Shown here in pieces: positions 19,827 through 28,533 of a stretch of 64,000 nt of DNA. The stretch comes from an uncultured Acidobacteriota bacterium. GTDB taxonomy: Bacteria > Acidobacteriota > Thermoanaerobaculia > Multivoradales > JAHEKO01. Within the stretch, counting starts at the first letter, position 1. Every line of letters starts with the position of its first letter. The position numbers and the translations under genes were made by a program. The stretch lies in assembly GCA_963713825.1 (NCBI GenBank), contig CAVQNG010000005.1, forward strand, positions 480,001 to 544,000, read 5' to 3'. The notes under the pieces were generated by a model. It was not told the origin of the DNA and searched no databases. It saw only the letters and a list, made by a program, of their open reading frames with translations.

Positions 19827-21443
19827 TCAATCGCTGGCGTCGAGCTTTTCGCGCAGCTCGAACTCGGCGGAGGAGGGCTTGGTGTCACGGTGGTGGGTGC
19901 GCCACAGCTGGTCCTGGTACCGGAAGGTGGGCGCCGCCACTTCGCCTTCCTGCATGTACTCGAAGATCTCCTGCACCTGGTCGATGCTGAAAGTGATCGT
20001 CGTCGTGATGTAGTCGTGCAGGTCCTTGTCCGTCACTCCCGAGTCGGGGAGGTTGCCCAGCACTTCCAGGCAGACATGGTTCAGCGCCGCCAGGGCCGAG
20101 GCCACCTCCTCACACGCGAACCCCTGCTGACATCGCAGCTCGGCGACGTCGCGGCAGTAGGCCATGAGGATGCCCTTCTCGCGCGTCCGAATCGAAGTCA
20201 TGAGCGTGTGGATGATCACCTTGATATGCCAGTCGAGATCGTCGGCGGGAAGAGCCTGATAGCTGGAGAGGGGGTCCTCGCCGCGCTCGCCGACAAGGAT
20301 CTCCGCGAACTGCCGGGCGATCTCCTCTTCGTGGGCTTCCAGCAGGCGGTAGATCCGCAGGTTGGGCCGCATCTTGACCGCCATCGCCTCCTGGTTGCGC
20401 CGCGACCACTCCACGGGATCGGTCTGCATGTTCTCGATCAGGAACGGGAAGCGTCGCAGGATGTCGAGGCGCGGGTGCGGCTCCCAGTCCAGGATCTCAT
20501 GGGTGTAGGTGGCTTCTGCCGTCAGCTGCAGATCGATGAACTTTGCCATCCAGGGCCGCTCGAAGGGCCGGTTGCCCAGTAGCCGACCCATCGCATCCCG
20601 CATCACCATGCCGGGGCCGGCGAGAAACTTGGGCATGTGGATGGGTTTGGGTGCCTGACCGTAGTAGTAGGAGGTGGCCGCTTCGAACAGCTCCTGATGA
20701 GTGACGGCGCCATTGGTGCTGGCGTTCAAGACAGCGACCTGCTCCAGATCGTCGGCCTTCTCGACAACTTTGCGCAGGAAGTTCGCACCGTCGCGCACAT
20801 GCAGGTAGGGGACGGCTGACTCTCCCTTGCCACCGAGGATCTTCGAGTTCCACTGGTTCGACAACCAGGTCTCGAGGAAGACGAAGAGAGGCGGGTACTC
20901 ACACCAGTCCGAGAACATGGCGGCGAATCGGACGATGGCCGAGGGCACCTCGTCGGCGTACTCGCGTAGCATCTCCTCACCCTTGCGCTTGCTGACCGCA
21001 TAGGGATGCTGACCGTCGGGCGGACTTTGCTCTGTAAGTGCCTGTCCAGGGGGAGGGAACTCGCAGGCGGCCAGGGAGCTGGCGAAAATGAACCGCTTCG
21101 GCTTCATCACCCGGCACTGCTCGAGGAGGTTGCGCAGGCCGTCGAGGTTGGTTCGCTGGTACTCCGGATGATCCTCGCCGCTGAAGTCGTAGTAGGCGGC
21201 CAGGTGAATCACGGAGTGGATCTCGTCGCCGTTCTTGACCTCGTTGCAGACCGCCTGGAGGGCGTTCTCGTTGCAGATGTCGAACTGATGCCAGCTGATG
21301 TTGGGGTGCTTGGGCACGCCGCTCTCGGACTGCGAGCGCAGGTCGATGGCGATCAGCTTGTACTGCGATTTGAGGAGATCGAGAACCCGTCGCCCGAGAA
21401 AGCCCGAGGCCCCCGTGATCGCGACCCGTGGTAGTGATTCCAT
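19827..21443 (-). CDS. Extended SDR with C-terminal globin-like domain, paralogue 2
   Basis: MESLPRVAITGASGFLG, HLAAYYDF, YAVSK; FSDWCEYPPLF and PFERxWMA shared with 17403-18986. Confidence 0.8.
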   Translation of the reverse strand: MESLPRVAITGASGFLGRRVLDLLKSQYKLIAIDLRSQSESGVPKHPNISWHQFDICNENALQAVCNEVKNGDEIHSVIHLAAYYDFSGEDHPEYQRTNLDGLRNLLEQCRVMKPKRFIFASSLAACEFPPPGQALTEQSPPDGQHPYAVSKRKGEEMLREYADEVPSAIVRFAAMFSDWCEYPPLFVFLETWLSNQWNSKILGGKGESAVPYLHVRDGANFLRKVVEKADDLEQVAVLNASTNGAVTHQELFEAATSYYYGQAPKPIHMPKFLAGPGMVMRDAMGRLLGNRPFERPWMAKFIDLQLTAEATYTHEILDWEPHPRLDILRRFPFLIENMQTDPVEWSRRNQEAMAVKMRPNLRIYRLLEAHEEEIARQFAEILVGERGEDPLSSYQALPADDLDWHIKVIIHTLMTSIRTREKGILMAYCRDVAELRCQQGFACEEVASALAALNHVCLEVLGNLPDSGVTDKDLHDYITTTITFSIDQVQEIFEYMQEGEVAAPTFRYQDQLWRTHHRDTKPSSAEFELREKLDASD

Positions 21444-21479
21444 GGCGAGGCAAATATACACGATGGCAAGAGAGGGCAT

Positions 21480-21590
21480 AAGGGCTTAGGGGCGTAGGGG
21501 TAGGGCAGTGAGGCCATGGGGCATTGGGGCAGTGGGGCATTGAGGCAGTGAGGGATTGGGACTTGAAGCGGCCAGCGCCTCTGCCGGCCG
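21480..21590 (+). repeat. G-rich 8-bp-period tract followed by a TTGAAGCGGCC hairpin
   Basis: ggcagtga/ggccatgg/ggcattgg/ggcagtgg/ggcattga units; similar tracts at 62925-62990, 24481-24507 and 17058-17105. Confidence 0.65.
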
Positions 21591-21650
21591 TATCGCGGCT
21601 CAGCTATGAGTTGTTGCCAACGCAGGGTTTTCCGATAGAGTTGCCCCCCG

Positions 21651-23471
21651 ATGACGAACATCCTGGGGATTTCGGCGTTCTACCATGACTCCGCGGCCTG
21701 CCTCGTGCAGGACGGAGAGCTCGTGGCCGCTGCCCAGGAGGAGCGCTTCACCCGCAAGAAGCACGACCACCGATTTCCCGATTCAGCAGTGCGGTACTGC
21801 CTGCAGGAGGCTGGCATCACGGCCGATCAACTGGATGCCGTGGCCTTCTACGACAAGCCCTGGCTGAAGTTCGAGCGGTTGCTGGAGACCTACCTCTCCT
21901 TTGCACCGGCGGGCCTGCCTTCGTTCCTGAAGGCGATGCCGCTGTGGCTGAAGCAGAAGCTCTGGATGGGCGAGCTGATCCAGAAACAGGTCGGCTTCGA
22001 GGGCGACTTGCTCTACCCCGAGCACCATCAATCCCACGCTGCCTCGGCCTTCTATCCCTCGCCGTATCAGCGGGCAGCGATCTTGACCATCGATGGTGTC
22101 GGCGAATGGGCCACCGCATCCTGGGGTGTAGGCCATGACCACAATGTAGACATCCGCTGCGAGCTGATGTTTCCTCACAGCCTCGGATTGCTCTATTCGG
22201 CCTTCACCTACTACACCGGTTTCCGAGTCAACTCGGGTGAGTACAAAGTGATGGGCCTCGCCCCGTACGGCGAGCCGAAGTACGTCGACCTGATCCTCGA
22301 CAATGTGATGGACCTGCGCGAGGACGGCTCCTTCTGGCTGGACATGGACTACTTCAACTACTGCCAGGGTCTGACGATGACCTCGGAGAAGTTCCATCGG
22401 CTTTTCGGGGGCCCGCCGCGGGCTCCGGAGTCGGAGCTGACGCAGAAGGAGATGGACCTGGCCCGCTCGGTCCAGGAGGTCACTGAAGAAGCCATGTTGC
22501 GCATGGCCCGGCATGTGAAGAAAGAGACCGGCGAGAAGTACCTCTGTCTGGCCGGCGGCTGTGCCCTCAACTGCGTGGCCAACGGCAAGATCCTGCGCTC
22601 CGGCATCTTCGAGGACATCTTTATCCAGCCGGCTGCTGGAGATGCCGGCGGAGCGCTCGGAGCGGCCCTCTTCACCTGGCACCAGGTGATGCAGAAACCT
22701 CGAACGGCAGCCGGAGATCGTGACTCCCAGAAGGGTTCCTACTTGGGGCCGGCGTTCGAGTCCAAGACGATCGAGACGTGGCTCGAACGGGAGGAGATCC
22801 CCTACGAGCGACATGAGCCCGAGGCAATCCCAGGCCTGGTCGCCGACATCATCGACGACGAGAAGGTCGTTGGCTTCTTCGCGGGCCGAATGGAATTCGG
22901 TCCCCGAGCCCTGGGTGGGCGCAGCATTATCGGCGATGCCCGCTCGACCAAGATGCAGTCGATCATGAACCTGAAGATCAAGTACCGGGAGTCCTTCCGG
23001 CCTTTCGCGCCCTCCTGTCTCGTCGAGGATGTCTCGGAGCTCTTCGAGCTCGACCGTCCCTCGCCCTACATGCTCCTCGTGGCGGACGTCCAGAAGAGTC
23101 GGCGCAAGGCGATGACCGAGGAGCAGAAGAGCTTCTTCGGCATCGAGAAGCTGAATGTGCCCCGCTCGGACATACCGGCGATCACCCATATCGACTACTC
23201 TGCCCGTGTGCAATCGGTCGATGGTGTCAACAACCGGCCCTACTACGACACGATTCGAGCTTTCAAGGAGAAGACCGGCTACGGGGTGGTCGTCAACACG
23301 TCGTTCAATGTGCGCGGGGAGCCCATCGTCTGCACGCCGCAGGATGCGTTTCTCTGCTTTATGCGCACTGAGATGGACGTGCTGGTGCTCGAGAACCTCG
23401 TCCTCTACAAGACACAGCAAAAGGAGCTCGAAGGCGACGAGGACTGGCGGGAGCAGTATGACCTGGACTGA
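21651..23471 (+). CDS. Carbamoyltransferase, NodU/CmcH (SxtI-like) family
   Basis: ILGISAFYHDSAA, EERFTRKKHD, EHHQSHAASAF, DGVGE, AGGCALN, EFGPRALG, RESFRPFAP, NTSFNVRGEP. Confidence 0.93.
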   Translation: MTNILGISAFYHDSAACLVQDGELVAAAQEERFTRKKHDHRFPDSAVRYCLQEAGITADQLDAVAFYDKPWLKFERLLETYLSFAPAGLPSFLKAMPLWLKQKLWMGELIQKQVGFEGDLLYPEHHQSHAASAFYPSPYQRAAILTIDGVGEWATASWGVGHDHNVDIRCELMFPHSLGLLYSAFTYYTGFRVNSGEYKVMGLAPYGEPKYVDLILDNVMDLREDGSFWLDMDYFNYCQGLTMTSEKFHRLFGGPPRAPESELTQKEMDLARSVQEVTEEAMLRMARHVKKETGEKYLCLAGGCALNCVANGKILRSGIFEDIFIQPAAGDAGGALGAALFTWHQVMQKPRTAAGDRDSQKGSYLGPAFESKTIETWLEREEIPYERHEPEAIPGLVADIIDDEKVVGFFAGRMEFGPRALGGRSIIGDARSTKMQSIMNLKIKYRESFRPFAPSCLVEDVSELFELDRPSPYMLLVADVQKSRRKAMTEEQKSFFGIEKLNVPRSDIPAITHIDYSARVQSVDGVNNRPYYDTIRAFKEKTGYGVVVNTSFNVRGEPIVCTPQDAFLCFMRTEMDVLVLENLVLYKTQQKELEGDEDWREQYDLD

Positions 23472-23483
23472 TCGTTGGGAATG

Positions 23484-23526
23484 CGGTGACAGGCACCTCA
23501 TTTCTGAAATGAGGTGCCTGTCACCG
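23484..23526. repeat. Perfect 43-bp palindrome (21-1-21), REP-like
   Basis: CGGTGACAGGCACCTCATTTC-T-GAAATGAGGTGCCTGTCACCG. Confidence 0.85.
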
Positions 23527-23543
23527 AAAAAAGGAAGAGGCTG

Positions 23544-23945
23544 ATGAGCGAGCACGCAGCCAAGACCGTCAAAGAGCTCCGGAAGTTCGGCTTCGCATTC
23601 ACGGGCGGTCTGACGCTTCTCGGTAGCCTGCTCCTCTGGCGGGGCAAGGCGCCGGGTCCCTATGTCCTGGGAGCGGCCGCTGTGGTCCTAACCCTGGCTC
23701 TGCTGGCACCTGCCGCGCTTCGACCGCTGGAAAAGACGCTCGCCACGATCTTCCGGTGGGTCACGGCTGCCCTGACTTACGTGATCCTGGTTGTGACCTA
23801 CTATCTGGTGGTGACCCCGATGGGGATCATCATGCGACTTCTGGGCAAGGATCCCCTGCATTTGAAGCGAGAGCCGAATCGACCATCCTTCTGGGTATCG
23901 GTAGAGGAGGATGGGCCGGCGTCGCGGCCGGACAAGCCGTACTAG
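23544..23945 (+). CDS. SxtJ-family membrane protein
   Basis: KELRKFG, YYLVVTPMGIIMRLLGKDPL..SFW; follows the carbamoyltransferase. Confidence 0.85.
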   Translation: MSEHAAKTVKELRKFGFAFTGGLTLLGSLLLWRGKAPGPYVLGAAAVVLTLALLAPAALRPLEKTLATIFRWVTAALTYVILVVTYYLVVTPMGIIMRLLGKDPLHLKREPNRPSFWVSVEEDGPASRPDKPY

Positions 23946-23946
23946 A

Positions 23947-24740
23947 GGGTCGAGGCGGCCGTCATGCTTCCGGCCGATCTTTGAGGGCTTGGGGGTTGAA
24001 GAGGCCGTCGCTTGCTCCGGCCGGGTCTTTGGGGCGATGGGGCAGAGAAGTACTGAAGCGACCGGCGTCTCTGCCGGCCGGGGTGTGTGGGGGAGGGGAA
24101 GGTTCTTCTATAATCGAGATCTGATTAGTGGCTTTGAAGGGATAGGCAGCTCATGGCATCGAATTCCAAGATCGGCACCATCTGGGGCTTTCTCAAGACC
24201 CGCAAGAAGTGGTGGCTGACGCCCATCATTCTCACTCTGGTCCTGCTGGCGGCCCTGATCGTGCTGACCGAGTCCTCGGCGGTCGCGCCGTTCATCTACG
24301 CGTTGTTTTAGGCGCGGGCTCGTACCTCGCCCACGCAGGGTAATGAGGGCTTGGGGTTGAGGAGTCCGGCGTTCCTTCGGGCAATCCTTGAGGCAGTGGG
24401 GCACTGAGGGCTTGGGGGTTGAGGCGCTCGGCGAGTGCGCCGAGCGGTCTTTGGGGGCTTGGGGGAAGACGGATTCAATACCCCTCGGCCCTTACGCCCC
24501 TAAGCCCATCTGAATCGGCCGCCCCTACAGAGTAGACGCGTTTGAAGCGGCCGGACCTGTGCCGGCCGGGGAGCCCCAAGCCCCAGAACCCAAGCCCCCA
24601 TTGCCTCAAAGGTCGGCCGGAGCAAGCGACGGACGATTCAACCCCCAAGCCCTCAAAGAATCGGCCTACACGAAGTGTGGCCGCCTCAACCCCCAGGCCC
24701 TCAAAGACCAGCCGAAGGTACGCCGGCTGGCTCAACCCTC
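23947..24740. repeat. Clusters of ~45-50-bp units TTGAGGGCTTGGGGGTTGA(A/G)-hairpin-TCT with variable loops (family 2)
   Basis: Units at 23947-24040 and 24343-24465 (+) and 24600-24740 (-); isolated related hairpins at ~19401, 21562, 24054, 24541, 28393, 28466, 30060, 30280. Confidence 0.75.
24153..24311 (+). CDS. SxtK/DUF5989-family small membrane protein (52 aa)
   Basis: Below the ORF-track cutoff: MASNSKIGTIWGFLKTRKKWWLTPIILTLVLLAALIVLTESSAVAPFIYALF, with the RKKWWL and APFIYxLF signatures. Confidence 0.9.
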   Translation: MASNSKIGTIWGFLKTRKKWWLTPIILTLVLLAALIVLTESSAVAPFIYALF

Positions 24741-24833
24741 TGTTCACATTCCCTACCCTCTAGGGTAGCTGCCAAACCCACCCGACTGTGTGCCCCTCGA
24801 CTACCCCCGGGGGTATAAGAGGGGATCCCGAGC

Positions 24834-24851
24834 TTGTGCGAACCTTCACAA
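24834..24851. promoter_or_regulatory. Rex-like operator upstream of the decaheme gene
   Basis: TTGTGCG-AACC-TTCACAA versus consensus TTGTGAA-N4-TTCACAA (2 mismatches). Confidence 0.4.
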
Positions 24852-25145
24852 GCGGAGGGCACAGGAGCCTTCAAGAAAGCTCATCCTGGCCCCCGCTTTC
24901 GGAACGACCCTTAGGGGGTAACGCAAGTTGTCTGGACTATCGTGGCGTTGTTGACCGACGGTTGAGGCGTGCTGGCAGCAGGCCTGCGACCATCAAGCTG
25001 TGTCGGCAGCAGCCGAAGCGGGCGGTACAAGGCGCGGATCCGACCCACACGCGAAGGCCAGCCTACTTGCATTTTCCCGAGGGGCCGCTCACGGGGGTGG
25101 GGGCCGTTTTCACCTGAATAGCGTTTCCGAGAGGGAGGTCTCGTA

Positions 25146-26081
25146 ATGAGATTTCATGGGAAGTTGCTGTTCCTGGTGGCATCAGCTGTCCTGTTGGTCG
25201 CGGCGGTAGCGACGGCGGGCGACGTACCGACGGCGGACAACGCCTACATCGGTAGCGAAGCCTGCCTGGACTGCCATGAAGTGGCTGACTTGGGGCTCAT
25301 GGAGCACGACGTGCACATGCAGATCCAATCTTTCGAAGTGCAGGGCCGCGAGGTCGGCTGCGAGGGCTGTCATGGCCCTGGCAAGCTGCATATGGAGGAG
25401 AGCGATCCGGAATTGATTCGCACCTTTGCTGATGATGCGGACTACTCCCAAGAAGTGTGCATGAACTGCCACGCCACCAAGAACCTGCCGGAATGGGATG
25501 CCTCGATCCACGCACTCGAGGCCGTCCAGTGCACTGATTGTCACGGGGTGCACAAGAGGACGTTCAAGCCCAATGAAGCGTGCACAGCCTGCCACGCGGA
25601 TGCGAGGGCCGCTTTCGAGCTGCCGTCGCACCATCCGCTACGCGAGGGCAAGATGGAATGCTCTAGCTGTCACGACCCACACTCTGCCACCGAGTTCATG
25701 CTCAAGACGCGCATGCGCAAGGCCGATCTTTGCTACACCTGTCATCAGGACAAAGAAGGCCCGTTCATCTTCGAGCATCCCCCGGTGCAAGAGGACTGCA
25801 ATCTCTGCCACACGCCGCACGGCTCCGTGGCCGACAACCTGCTCACCGCCAATGAGCCGACGTTGTGCTTGCAGTGCCATGACTTCCACTTTCACACCGG
25901 ATACCGCGCCTCCGACAGCCTCGAAGTGGACGTTGGAGGAATCGAGCGAGAGAACCCGTTCGGTCCCGAGGGCTTCCAGATTGCCTACTCGACCAATTGC
26001 ACGCAGTGCCATGCCCGGGTCCACGGATCCGACACCCCGTCGCAGACGCCGACGAACTACGGCAAGGGCCTGACCCAGTAA
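25146..26081 (+). CDS. Periplasmic decaheme cytochrome c, DmsE/MtrA/PioA family
   Basis: Signal peptide; 10 CxxCH; SHHPLREGKMECSSCHDPH, KEGPFIFEHPPVQEDC, CTQCHARVHGSD. Confidence 0.92.
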   Translation: MRFHGKLLFLVASAVLLVAAVATAGDVPTADNAYIGSEACLDCHEVADLGLMEHDVHMQIQSFEVQGREVGCEGCHGPGKLHMEESDPELIRTFADDADYSQEVCMNCHATKNLPEWDASIHALEAVQCTDCHGVHKRTFKPNEACTACHADARAAFELPSHHPLREGKMECSSCHDPHSATEFMLKTRMRKADLCYTCHQDKEGPFIFEHPPVQEDCNLCHTPHGSVADNLLTANEPTLCLQCHDFHFHTGYRASDSLEVDVGGIERENPFGPEGFQIAYSTNCTQCHARVHGSDTPSQTPTNYGKGLTQ

Positions 26082-26093
26082 AGGAGGAGAGAG

Positions 26094-28259
26094 ATGAAAA
26101 CAACCTATCGACTCCTACTGGTAGCTCTGGTAGTGGCAACGGTCCCGGCGGCGACGATGGCGGCTATCGGTGACGGTGGCACCATCATTGTCGAGCGGAC
26201 TTTCTGGCTTGGATACTGGGACTCCAGCGTCGACGGATCTCCGGATCTCGCCGCCGAGTACCGAGTGATCGGTGACGGCCCCGACCTGGGCGTCAAGCTG
26301 AAGACCATCCACGAGTGGGGCGCAGTCGACTTCTACGGCCGGTATCGCGATTCGGCAGACCAGAAGTACAAACTGGACTTCGACGTCAATCGCGTGTTCC
26401 GTTCACAGAATTTGCTCAATTCGCTCATCCATCGGCTCGGACATCAGCCGATCGAGCACTTCCAGGCGGCGACCAATCATGGCCGTGTGGTGTGGGAGAG
26501 CGACCTCGATCCAGATTCGGAATACGACCTCAAGTACCAGGTCTTCGAGACCAAAAACGAGGTTCAGTTGCCGAGCGTCGACGGCCTTACGGTCGGTTTC
26601 GGCTATCGCAACCAGCAGCGTAAGGGGACGCGTCAGCACACGACGATTTCTCACTGCGATGCTTGTCATGTGAACAGTCAGGACCGGCCGACCGACGAGA
26701 CCACGGACGACGCCTATATCGATCTGAAATACGCCTGGGCTTCGAACTTCGTTCGCGGCAGCTACACCGGGCGCAGCTATAGTGAGAGCCCACAGAACAT
26801 CTCGCTACTGTTCGATGACGCGCTGCAACCGGAATTGAGAACCCCGGTTTTCGACAATCGTGTCCAGTGGGATGTCGACGAAGGCCCGCAGCCCGTGGAC
26901 CTGAAGCCGGACATCTCGAAGGACATCTTCAAACTCGACACCCTGATCAATACCAGCGGTTGGGGCATCGTCGGCGAAGGCGTCTGGTCTTCGACCGAGA
27001 ACGACTACACACGCAACAAGACCGATTTCACCGGTTTCATGGCGAGTGTGGCCAAGCGTTTCGGCTCGGATCGGCGCTGGAACTTCCGCTGGCGGGGTCG
27101 TACCTACTCGGTTGACAATTCCACGGTGGAGTTGGTTCCGATCCAGCGGCCAGGTACGGCTGGACCGCAGTCACCGGGGACCTATGGTTCCTACTACCCC
27201 GATTGGCCGCAGACATTCACCCGACTGCCGGCAGTGAAACGGGACGTCCTCGAGTCGAAGGCCGATCTCGTCTTCGGTAGGTCCACTCGCGGTATCGGAC
27301 AGTTCCGGTTCACCTGGAACTACGACAAGCAGGATCGTGAGTACTACGAAGTGGCCCCGGGAACGACCGACACCACGAAGAACCTGCTCGGTGTGTCCTG
27401 GTCGGCACGACCTGGGAAGGGTTGGAAGACGTATGCCGGCATCAAGTACGCCGACATCAGCAATCCCTTTCAGATCGTTGATGGCAAGTACTCGACGCTG
27501 GTCTCACAACCGTCCGGAGGCAGCCCCTTCGACCCGCGTGCGGCCCAGTACTGGCAGATGCACAACGCTCGCATCGCCGAAGGAACGACGTCGCCAGCGT
27601 CCTACTTCCAGGCTGACTTGCGTGGCACCTACCTGCACGACGGCAACATGCTGACGGCTTCGTACCGCTACTGGAAGGGTGACAACAATGACGGTGATCT
27701 GAATGACTGGGCGCGGGATTCCCAGGCCTTCAACATCACCTACTGGGCGACACCCTCGCCGGATTGGCAGTGGTACGTCGGTTACAACTACAACGACACC
27801 TCGATGGACACGGTGTTCACCATCCCGATCTTCGATGGGTGAGCGGGCTCCATTGTTTCGGGCCAGGCTGGCTCGGATTCGAGCACGACCAAGTACACAT
27901 CCACCGTCAACACCGGGATGGGTGGCCTGAAGTTCAAGGTCACAGAAGCATTCAAGATTGGTTTCGACCTGGCATACGTCGATGCCACGGCTGGAATGGA
28001 CTCATTCCGATTCGAAACCGCTGAAGCATGGGCGGCTACCAAGCCGAACCAGAACTACGACATGTCGCTGGTCAACACCTATTCGGATCTCGACACCTCG
28101 CGATTCGAGTCGGACCTGTGGGCCAAGTTCGGCTTCGGGAAGTCTCTCTTCCTGTATGGCGACTGGCGGTATGTCGACTATGCCGACGACGCGCCGTATC
28201 TCTACGACACGTCCGGCGAGATCAGCTGGTACACGCTCAGCCTAGGCTGGTCGTTCTGA
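26094..28259 (+). CDS. MtrB/PioB-like outer-membrane beta-barrel with one CxxCH and an in-frame UGA at 27840-27842 (probable selenocysteine)
   Basis: ORFs 26094..27842 and 27918..28259 share a frame and are separated only by one TGA; signal peptide; SHCDACH; C-terminal YTLSLGWSF beta-signal; SECIS-like hairpin follows the TGA. Confidence 0.8.
27843..27884 (+). promoter_or_regulatory. Candidate bacterial SECIS element
   Basis: Stem TTCGGGCCA (27857-27865) / TGGCTCGGA (27869-27877), loop GGC starting 23 nt after the UGA; possible lower pairing GCTC/GAGC. Confidence 0.6.
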
Positions 28260-28296
28260 TGCACTTTCGTTAGCCTCCTTGGTGCATCGGTTCCAA

Positions 28297-28332
28297 GACC
28301 CCGCCCTTCATTGGGCGGGGTCGTTTTTGTTT
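28297..28332 (+). terminator. Rho-independent terminator of the cytochrome-porin operon
   Basis: GACCCCGCCC-TTCATT-GGGCGGGGTC followed by GTTTTTGTTT. Confidence 0.85.
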
Positions 28333-28533
28333 CAGGCCGGCGGAACTTCCGGCCCTTGATTGTCCTGGGGCTTGGGTCCTGGGTCGTGAAGGGTTGAAGC
28401 GGCCGTCGCCCCTGGCGGCCAGGGTGGGTGGGGGAACCGGATTTGCGGCGTCCGGCCACGGGTGATTGAATCGGCCGTCGCCTCTGTCGGCCGGGGTGGG
28501 CGGTGGTGTAGGGGAGGGCCTTGCGCCCTCCCG

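Noticed and set aside
21651-24311. Saxitoxin biosynthesis cluster
   Set aside because: Only sxtI/J/K-like genes are present; no sxtA, sxtG or other core genes
23947-24740. CRISPR array
   Set aside because: Units are degenerate and in mixed orientation, the variable parts are short self-complementary hairpins rather than 30-40-nt unique spacers, and no cas genes are present
27918-28259. Separate 113-aa gene after the porin
   Set aside because: In frame with the upstream ORF, no signal peptide, and it supplies the barrel's C-terminal strands; better explained by UGA readthrough
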